From an uncultured Chloroflexia bacterium (lineage in GTDB: Bacteria; Chloroflexota; Dehalococcoidia; GIF9; UBA5629): a stretch of DNA of 64,000 bases. Positions within the stretch are counted from its first letter, which is position 1; each line of letters opens with the position of its first letter. The stretch lies in the NCBI GenBank assembly GCA_963848815.1, contig CAWKFY010000029.1, positions 110,544 through 174,543 on the forward strand, written 5' to 3'. A model generated the notes under the pieces. The model was not told the origin of the DNA. It saw only the letters and a program-made list of their open reading frames with translations, and searched no databases. The translations under genes were made by a program, and so were the position numbers. Positions 54,960 to 62,516 of the stretch are shown one piece after another.

Positions 54960-55934
54960 TTATTGTTTGATCTCCCGGATCTTTGAGGTTAAGACGGGTA
55001 ATACCTTGAACAGGTCATCCACTATCGCATAATCAGCCACGCTCATTATAGGAGCATTAGGGTCTTTGTTGATTGCCACTATTATTTCTGAGCCTCGCAT
55101 GCCCATGACATGTTGAAAAGCCCCTGAGATTCCAATGGCCAGGTAAAGCTTGGGTTTTACAGTCTTGCCTGATTGTCCAACCTGCCTGTCCTTTGCCAAC
55201 CACTCAGAATCGACAACCGGCCTGGAACAGGCAACCGCGCCGCCGGTTACGTCTGCCAATTCCTGAACAATCGATAAATTCTCCTTTTTCTTGATACCAC
55301 GTCCCACCGAGACCAGTATATTTGCCTGCGAGATATCCACATCGCTGATTTCAGGATCAACGTAGCCAATGAAACGTTTTCCTTCCGAGTTCAGATTCGC
55401 GGGGGCCACCATGGCTGATATAATGCCGGCAGACTTTCTCTCTTCGACGGCGCAGACACCCTGGCGAAGTGTCAGCATGTAGTTTTCTGCCGATGGGAAA
55501 GATACAAGAGCATTTACTTTGCCACCGTACATCTGCCGTATTGCCTGCAGCCTGCCGTCGGTAACGATTATGTCTATACAATCGGTGGCAAGAGGCAAAT
55601 TACACTCAACGGCAAGTGAAGGCGCCAGATCCATGCCGAAAGCCGAGTGTCCCATAACAAAAGCAACTGGTTTTTGCTCCTTAATGAGCGGGCTAAGAAT
55701 TCTCTGGTAAAGTGCCTGATTGAATTCTCCTAATCTCTCGTCGTCCAGCACCATAACTTTGTCGGCATATGACGAAAGCTTCTTGGCAAGCTCGCCTACC
55801 TTTGCGCCTAACAGTATGGCTGTTATTTGGGCGCCAAGTTGTTCTCCCAGTTGTCGGGCTTTGCTCAGAACCTCAAAGCTTATAGCCCGGAGTTCACCCC
55901 TGCGGTGTTCTGCGAGGCAGAATATTTCTTTCAT
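54960..55934 (-). CDS. etfA: electron transfer flavoprotein subunit alpha
   Basis: The 324-aa ORF has the C-terminal FAD-binding signature PKLYLAIGISGAFQHVMGM and ..AINKDPNAPI. Confidence 0.9.
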   Translation of the reverse strand: MKEIFCLAEHRRGELRAISFEVLSKARQLGEQLGAQITAILLGAKVGELAKKLSSYADKVMVLDDERLGEFNQALYQRILSPLIKEQKPVAFVMGHSAFGMDLAPSLAVECNLPLATDCIDIIVTDGRLQAIRQMYGGKVNALVSFPSAENYMLTLRQGVCAVEERKSAGIISAMVAPANLNSEGKRFIGYVDPEISDVDISQANILVSVGRGIKKKENLSIVQELADVTGGAVACSRPVVDSEWLAKDRQVGQSGKTVKPKLYLAIGISGAFQHVMGMRGSEIIVAINKDPNAPIMSVADYAIVDDLFKVLPVLTSKIREIKQ

Positions 55935-56723
55935 TTATATAAGTCCTTTGTCTTTCATAATTCCTGCAAGTTGTGCTGCCGTTTCCTCTGCTGATCCGGT
56001 AATAATTTGTGCGGTCTTTTCAGAGTGTGGCACAAAAAGTTTTTCTATCTTGACCTGTGGACAATTTCCGGCTAGTTCGTCTTTATTTAGGGATAGAGCG
56101 GCGCAGTCGAGCACCTTTATTTCCCTCTTGTATGCCTCTTTGATGCCTCTAAATGAAGCGTACCGTGGCTCATTTATGCCGGTCTGGACGGCGAGTACTG
56201 CCGGCAGTTTGAGCTCTAAGATCATTGCAAGACCGTTTTCAAGTTCCGATTTGACCTCGGCTGTACCATCCTTTATATCTATTTTTGTCAACAGCGTGGC
56301 ATGAGGGAAGCCCAACATCTGGGCCAATTGCACACCCACTTGCGCCGACGCATCATCACTGGCCATGCAGCCCGTCAACACCAGATCGGGAGTAAGTGGT
56401 CTTATAGCAGAGCATAATATCTTCGCAACAGCATAGTTGTCCAAGGCTATGAATTGATCATCGTGCAAACGCATGGCAAGGTCTGCTCCCTTAGCCAGAC
56501 AAGTGCGTAACTGTTCATTAGAGGCTTCATCTCCAACCGTTACGACAGTCACGGAGCCACCGTGCCGGCCTTTCAAAAGAAGGCCTTCCTCCAATGCGTA
56601 ATTGTCAGCCTCGTTTATATCATGCACGAGCTTATCACGCTTGATGCCAAGTCCATCGTCCGTAATGCTTAATGGCGCTTCGCCCGTGTCCGGAACCCTT
56701 TTTATGCATATAACTATATTCAA
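55935..56723 (-). CDS. etfB: electron transfer flavoprotein subunit beta
   Basis: The 262-aa ORF has MNIVICIKRVPD and DLVLTG....D...AQVG. It abuts etfA. Confidence 0.9.
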   Translation of the reverse strand: MNIVICIKRVPDTGEAPLSITDDGLGIKRDKLVHDINEADNYALEEGLLLKGRHGGSVTVVTVGDEASNEQLRTCLAKGADLAMRLHDDQFIALDNYAVAKILCSAIRPLTPDLVLTGCMASDDASAQVGVQLAQMLGFPHATLLTKIDIKDGTAEVKSELENGLAMILELKLPAVLAVQTGINEPRYASFRGIKEAYKREIKVLDCAALSLNKDELAGNCPQVKIEKLFVPHSEKTAQIITGSAEETAAQLAGIMKDKGLI

Positions 56724-56807
56724 TATAATATTCCCTTATCCCAGTTTGAATCCGGAAAACCCTGAAATGATTTCTTTACAAGTTGACTTCCGGCCCAGCC
56801 TGGGCTT

Positions 56808-57602
56808 CTAGAGTTTTTGTTTACGCACTTCGGCCAGCAGTAGATCAATGCCTGGATAACTCTGGTTTATCAAAGGCAGCATATTAGCCCTATATCCAAA
56901 ATGAGGAAGTGGATACGCGATCGTTCGAGACGCCCGCAAAGCATTGAGTCCATCCATGACTTTTTTCAACATGCTGGCCGGTATAGCCAGTTCCATCTCA
57001 TCGTCTTGAACCATGCCCATGCAACGTTCTCCTATACAAGGCACAGTGCACTGTGGTTTCCCACTATTATATGCTTCCGCAAATGCATCGGCACAGGAAC
57101 CTTCACCGCTGAAGTAAAAATGGAGCCTCTCGTAGTTTTCATACTGTAACGCGTTGAGAAGGAGATTCATCTGGGCTGGGTTAGCGAAGATATAGGCCAG
57201 ATCAGGCGATGCGATTCTATCTGAAGTTAGCGGTGAAGCTACGGCAACTTTAAATTTGCCTAAAGGTAGACTTGGAACAGTCTTAATGTACTTGATCGAT
57301 TCCTCTTTTGTCTTGACCCAGATGCCCTGGTAGATGCCCTGGTACGCCTCAGGCATATATCCGAATCCTAATTTGAACGCGCAGACAGGCGTCATTAAAT
57401 CATTTATTGTGATAGCTATGGTCCAGCCAAGGTTTCTTGCGATTCCGACAGCCTGACACCAACTCATTTTAGTCTCAGGACGTCTCACTTTTTCAATAGA
57501 ATTTAAATCCTCTTCTTTCTCAAGGAATTTTATAGCGAGTGGCAACGTTCTCAATCTCAGAAAGTCCCTGATCCCATTTGCTATGTCATTCATTTCAGAC
57601 AT
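56808..57602 (-). CDS. DUF169-like protein (COG2043-type, function unknown)
   Basis: The 264-aa ORF has a pattern (..LRTLPLAIKFLEKEEDL....RRPE.KMSWCQAV..AR..GWT...) that matches my recollection of DUF169 proteins. This is unverified. Confidence 0.55.
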   Translation of the reverse strand: MSEMNDIANGIRDFLRLRTLPLAIKFLEKEEDLNSIEKVRRPETKMSWCQAVGIARNLGWTIAITINDLMTPVCAFKLGFGYMPEAYQGIYQGIWVKTKEESIKYIKTVPSLPLGKFKVAVASPLTSDRIASPDLAYIFANPAQMNLLLNALQYENYERLHFYFSGEGSCADAFAEAYNSGKPQCTVPCIGERCMGMVQDDEMELAIPASMLKKVMDGLNALRASRTIAYPLPHFGYRANMLPLINQSYPGIDLLLAEVRKQKL

Positions 57603-57660
57603 ATTAACACCTCAGTAATTATTTATATTTCCTGACGCGAATTGATTTGCTCGTGGTCTT

Positions 57661-58182
57661 TCACGTAACCATATCGAAAGCCCAATCACACCAAAGGTTT
57701 TCAGGATGCTCATCCGGCGGACAGATCAGACAGGTGGTCTTGATATTTGGATTTATCGCCAGTGCGAACTTGCTGTTGGCAGCTATACCAGCAATTTTGC
57801 AGGGCAACTCCGGAAGTCCTGCTTTACGCCTTGCCAGTTGCATGCTGCAACTTGTTACACGAACCCTGCAGCGCTTGTCGCTGACTTCACTAATATCGTA
57901 ATCAACATTCGCTAACAACGTTGAGAGACTCATAGCCTTAATGAACGAATCCATATCATTTCCCAGGCCGAACATCTTTACCAGGCGCCATGCCTGTACC
58001 TCCGCCTGTCTGCCAAATACCAAAGCGTCATACTTGGCCGCTGTTTCACTCCCGAAGTCTTTGCTGATATTTAACATCCAGTTATTCTGCAGATTCCACC
58101 AGTTATTGGCCATCATTTCGCAGTAGTCAATTATTACAGCCTTTGTGAGTTTATTAAGTTCGCCTTTATAGCTTATTTTCAT
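57661..58182 (-). CDS. hypothetical Cys-containing protein (first gene of the Etf-linked operon)
   Basis: The track ORF is 57661..58215. The ATG at codon 12 (58182) follows GAGGAG. Conserved-looking Cys residues (RCRVRVTSCSM, LPCK, TTCLICPPDEHPENLWCDW) are present. I make no confident family assignment. Confidence 0.55.
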   Translation of the reverse strand: MKISYKGELNKLTKAVIIDYCEMMANNWWNLQNNWMLNISKDFGSETAAKYDALVFGRQAEVQAWRLVKMFGLGNDMDSFIKAMSLSTLLANVDYDISEVSDKRCRVRVTSCSMQLARRKAGLPELPCKIAGIAANSKFALAINPNIKTTCLICPPDEHPENLWCDWAFDMVT

Positions 58183-58748
58183 TCCCATCTCCTCTAGTCG
58201 AAATAGGGGGCGCATTATTACCTGAGTACTCTAACATATCAGATTCTAACCAGCGTTTTCTCCGTTTGTGATATTTAAAATCTTTGAAGTGTCGTCTGTT
58301 ACTCTTGTTCGACTCCTTTTCCGCAATCTCGGTGAGTTCCCGCTCAAACTGCTGGATGTCTCTATTGCCTTTCATTTCGTTTGCAGGCCCGTCTTTCACG
58401 ATTCTGCTGTTATCCATTATATAGATGTATTAAGCTGCGTTAAGTGCGGTGCAACCAGTGCGACGGCTTGCTGATTTCCAGCGTATCTGATAGTATTATT
58501 AGAAAACAACATATTGTTATGCAACTCAATTTTATAACGGGACTTACAATTTGATTAATAATATCAGAGAAAAAATCGGTATGTCAACTTTCGGCATATG
58601 TCATTTGGACATGCTGCTCAGGTAATCATGCAACAGCCGGCAATCTCGCTGCCGAACATCTCACTTTTCCCCCGTTTGTCTGCTGGCGGTACTGGAACCA
58701 TTAAATTTGAAATACTCAAATATAGCTGTATACTTGCATACATGGACA

Positions 58749-58777
58749 TTGACCTATTTGAAAAAAGAGCAGATAAT
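58749..58777 (+). promoter_or_regulatory. candidate sigma70-type promoter for the HxlR-like regulator
   Basis: TTGACC-17 nt-GATAAT ends ~12 nt before the GTG at 58789 and ~39 nt before the ATG at 58816. Confidence 0.35.
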
Positions 58778-58788
58778 TTTGTAGTTAG

Positions 58789-59763
58789 GTGAGTAATTAT
58801 AGTTTCATAGGAATTATGTTTAATAGAAGTAGAAAGATAAAAAGAGTACCGCCGAATATAATAGAATTTATTTTTGATAGATGGACTACCTTAATAATAC
58901 GTGAAGCTTTTTTCGGTGTTCACCGCTTCGAGCAGTTTCAGAGAAATCTGAAAATCGCCAGAAATGTTCTATCTGTGCGTCTGCAGCACCTCGTGGAAAC
59001 GGGAATATTTGAGGTTAGGCGATATAGTATGTCCCCGGCCCGTTTTGAGTATTATTTTACCGAAATGGGCTTTGATGTTTATCCTTTTATTCTTGCCTTG
59101 ATGGAATGGGGGGATAAATGGCTTGACGTGAAAGACCCAACAAAATTAATATATCATCACAATTGCAGCAATCGTGTTTCTCCCGTTGTCATATGCTCGA
59201 GATGCGGAGAACAATTGACTATAGATCAGATCATCTACGAGGGCGGCTTGAGGGACCGGCACAATAACGAGAAACGGCTTCTTTCTTCGCGAAGACGCAA
59301 GCCCCCCCGAACGGTTACTCATATCGAGAATGTTTGCACGGTCGAGGGTACGCTAAACCTGATTGGAGATAGGTGGACTTTTCTGATTTTAAGAGAGGCC
59401 ATGTTCAACGTGCGACGATTTGAGGAATTAAGCAAGAATCTCTCAATATCGCGCAACATATTAACTGCCCGTCTCAAGAATTTACTCAAGAACCATATAT
59501 TTATGCGGGTTAAGTATTCTGAACATCCGGCAAGATATGAATACAGGCTTACCGACCGCGGCGTGGATTGCCTGCCCATAATCCTGGCTGAAATTAACTG
59601 GGAGAATAAATGGGTGGCAAGCAGCAGCTCGGATCTGATTTTACTCAGGCATAATAAATGCGGTCAAATCTTCGAACCTGTCATTATATGCGCTCACTGC
59701 AATACGGTTGTAAAAGGAAGCGATATTAGGTTTTCAACCGATGCCGCTGTCTGCAGCAAGTAA
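58789..59763 (+). CDS. transcriptional regulator with two tandem HxlR-type winged-helix domains, each followed by a Cys/His cluster
   Basis: The 324-aa ORF has domain 1 (DRWTTLIIREAFFGVHRFEQFQRNLKIARNVLSVRLQHLVETGIF..RFEYYFTEMG) and domain 2 (DRWTFLILREAMFNVRRFEELSKNLSISRNILTARLKNLLKNHIF..RYEYRLTDRG). The true start may be the ATG at 58816. Confidence 0.8.
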   Translation: MSNYSFIGIMFNRSRKIKRVPPNIIEFIFDRWTTLIIREAFFGVHRFEQFQRNLKIARNVLSVRLQHLVETGIFEVRRYSMSPARFEYYFTEMGFDVYPFILALMEWGDKWLDVKDPTKLIYHHNCSNRVSPVVICSRCGEQLTIDQIIYEGGLRDRHNNEKRLLSSRRRKPPRTVTHIENVCTVEGTLNLIGDRWTFLILREAMFNVRRFEELSKNLSISRNILTARLKNLLKNHIFMRVKYSEHPARYEYRLTDRGVDCLPIILAEINWENKWVASSSSDLILLRHNKCGQIFEPVIICAHCNTVVKGSDIRFSTDAAVCSK

Positions 59764-60035
59764 TTCCTTAGAAATAGCCGTTTAAAACGCCTTCCCAGTT
59801 TTCTCATATCTGGCGAATTCCAATTTATACGAAGTATTGACAAAACTGATATTTATGTTATTATAAGTTTCATTAAGAAATTAAGTCTTATTATGATATG
59901 TTCCCTCAAGTAAAAGATACCTTTAGTTATTTACAATTAGCGGGAGATGGGCTGTAGGCATCTAATGACTTAAGGGAATTTTTGTTTGTGTTCCATTGTT
60001 CAGGCGAATAATTGAAAAAATGCAAGGAGGATTTT

Positions 60036-60566
60036 ATGGCTGACCTGGTTTCTTCTGAAGATCAACTGAAAAAATTCATTGCGGAGCATAATCTGGATCC
60101 CATGCTTGTGGAGGGGATGAAGCAGTTCATCGGATATAGTAATGAGGATATCCTCAAGACTACGCCAAGGCAACATAAGTCCTGGAAAGCCCAGTATAAA
60201 TTGAATGAATGGTTTCTGGTGGCAAATATTGTGGAAGTACATAATTGTGGCGCCAGGGCAAAGGTCGGAGACCGTTATGTTATACAGAGTGCCACTTCGC
60301 TCGTGCCGGAAGAGTCCACAGTTCGTTTTCTCTGCACGGCGGCAATTATGCCAATAGCCCAGCTAGCAACCATATTATATGAGCGTCTTGCAGAAGGAGT
60401 CGACCCGCACGATTTCGCAGCTAATGAGTATGCCTGGTGCACAGATACTGGAGTCGAATGCGGCGGTTACGGCAGGATACTTATGAAGGTCAGTTTCGAA
60501 CATGTATCCGAATTCAAGTCAGCAAAAGATATTTCATACTGGAACAAAATAAAAAAGAAGAAATAA
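60036..60566 (+). CDS. hypothetical Cys-containing protein
   Basis: The track ORF is 60012..60566. The ATG at 60036 is preceded by AAGGAGG. Its C-terminal half (HNCGARAKVGDRYV...FLCTAAIMPI...WCTDTGVECGGYG) is reminiscent of small TIGR04076-type proteins, but this is uncertain. Confidence 0.55.
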   Translation: MADLVSSEDQLKKFIAEHNLDPMLVEGMKQFIGYSNEDILKTTPRQHKSWKAQYKLNEWFLVANIVEVHNCGARAKVGDRYVIQSATSLVPEESTVRFLCTAAIMPIAQLATILYERLAEGVDPHDFAANEYAWCTDTGVECGGYGRILMKVSFEHVSEFKSAKDISYWNKIKKKK

Positions 60567-60626
60567 TTTCACGGCGCGGAGCTTTTGCCGTACTGCCGAG
60601 CAATTTAATAAAGAAAGGGAATTGCC

Positions 60627-62330
60627 ATGGAAAAGATATGGATGAAGAGTTGGCCCTCGTTTGTTCCTAAAAAATTGAACTATCCCAGGGGTAAAAAACC
60701 TATTTTCAAATACCTGCGTGATAATGCTAAAGAATTCCCCGACCGTATAGCCATTATCTTTTATGGCAAGGAAGTGACCTACGGCGAATTGGATAGGATG
60801 TCCGATAAATTCGCCAATTTTTTAGTCGATTCCGGTTTAAAGAAGGGTGACTGCGTTGCGATCTTCATGCCCAATTGCCCCCAATACCATATAGCTCACT
60901 ATGGAATTAACAAGATGGGTGGTATCATCGCATCCTGCAGTCCCCTATTTAAGGAATGGGAGCTAACCTATGAATTGCAGGATTCCAATGCTAAGGCAAT
61001 TGTGACGCTCGACCTATTACATTCCGTGGCGGCCGGCGCCTGTAAGGAATGTGGTATCAAGAATATCGTTGTCACCAGCATGCATGATTTCCTCCCCAAG
61101 GAAACCACAATTAACCCTGTCCAGATAATGAGCTACCCGAAGATGACCTATCCTGAAACAATTGAGCTTGTGGATATCCTGGCGCGCTATGACTCCACTC
61201 CGGTGAAGTGCGATGTCGGCCTTGATGACCCGGTACAATATCAATATACGGGTGGCACAACAGGGTTACCCAAAGGGGCAATACTAACACATGGCGGCAA
61301 GCTCTACAAAGCGGCAACACTTATGAATATGTTGCGTTCCGATATAGCGCATGTCGGCTATAAGGAAGACAATATTTCCTCCCTTACTTCACTCCCCACC
61401 TTCCATATTCTGGGCATGACGGCCAGCGTAGATACCATGATCGCACAGGGTAATACTCAGGTTTTGCTGGTCATGTTCGACCCTGTTGCCGCTATGCAGG
61501 CGATCGATCGGTACAAGCTCCGATTCTTTCATGCGACGGTACCCATGAACATTGCAATCATGGACCATCCCGAACGCCAGAAATATGATCTTTCATCTCT
61601 CAAGCTATCCCTTACGACCAGTTTCGGCATTCAACTAACCGAGGATATAGCCAGACGATGGAAGGAAGCAACAGGAGCTGTCGTTGTAGAGGGTGGCTAT
61701 GGTATGACGGAGACGCACACTACTGAAAGCTTCATGCCACTGGACCGGCCAAAATACACGCCTGGATGCCAGGGCATTCCTATAGCCGGCAATAATATAA
61801 AAATAGTTTCCTGGGAAGATAGGTCCGAAGAAGTACCTGTGGGTGATATGGGCGAAATCGCCATGAAAAACCCGGCCGTTATGAAAGGCTATTTGAACAA
61901 GCCAAATGAAACGAAGAATACGCTTATCGATGGCTGGATATATAGCGGCGATATGGGAAAATTCGATAGCGATGGGTACCTCTACTTTTTAGGGCGTAAG
62001 AAGGAGATGATTAAGGTATCAGGCTTCAGCGTCTTTCCGGAAGAGGTGGAAACATTTCTCCTGCGGCACGAAGCGGTTGAAAAGGTCGCTGCCGTCGGTG
62101 TACCTGACGAGAGAAAGGGTGAGATTATAAAGGCTTATATAGTATTAAAAGCCGAATTTAAAGGAAAGGTCAAAAGTGAAGATATCATTGCATGGGCCAA
62201 AGAGGGTATCTCCTCTTACAAAGTGCCCAGGGCGATTGATTTTAGAGATGAGCTTCCCATGAGCAGCGCGGGTAAGGTACTGAGGAGAGTACTCCTCGAA
62301 GATGAGCTACAGGGAAAAAAGGTACCCTGA
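60627..62330 (+). CDS. AMP-dependent synthetase/ligase (acyl-CoA ligase family)
   Basis: The 567-aa ORF has the AMP-binding motif YTGGTTGLPKGA, plus GYGMTE, YSGDMG and a C-terminal SSAGKVLRR. Confidence 0.85.
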   Translation: MEKIWMKSWPSFVPKKLNYPRGKKPIFKYLRDNAKEFPDRIAIIFYGKEVTYGELDRMSDKFANFLVDSGLKKGDCVAIFMPNCPQYHIAHYGINKMGGIIASCSPLFKEWELTYELQDSNAKAIVTLDLLHSVAAGACKECGIKNIVVTSMHDFLPKETTINPVQIMSYPKMTYPETIELVDILARYDSTPVKCDVGLDDPVQYQYTGGTTGLPKGAILTHGGKLYKAATLMNMLRSDIAHVGYKEDNISSLTSLPTFHILGMTASVDTMIAQGNTQVLLVMFDPVAAMQAIDRYKLRFFHATVPMNIAIMDHPERQKYDLSSLKLSLTTSFGIQLTEDIARRWKEATGAVVVEGGYGMTETHTTESFMPLDRPKYTPGCQGIPIAGNNIKIVSWEDRSEEVPVGDMGEIAMKNPAVMKGYLNKPNETKNTLIDGWIYSGDMGKFDSDGYLYFLGRKKEMIKVSGFSVFPEEVETFLLRHEAVEKVAAVGVPDERKGEIIKAYIVLKAEFKGKVKSEDIIAWAKEGISSYKVPRAIDFRDELPMSSAGKVLRRVLLEDELQGKKVP

Positions 62331-62516
62331 GAACTAATTCACGACAAAATGAGGAGGCATGAGATACGGGTGACTAACGTGCTCATGGCGGCTGGAATGC
62401 AGGCTAGTCTCCGGGCACCAAAATGAAATGGTTATCTGCTAGTAAAAAATGAACAAATGCGGGTAGATCGAGAAAAATCTAAGGATTTTAAAATAAAAAA
62501 GGTAGGAGGAATTATT

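Noticed and set aside
58166-58417. 83-aa highly charged ORF upstream of the Etf-operon leader gene
   Set aside because: It has no SD sequence before its ATG and a Lys/Arg/Glu-rich low-complexity composition. It overlaps the better-supported start at 58182. It may be non-coding leader sequence, so it is not called as a gene.
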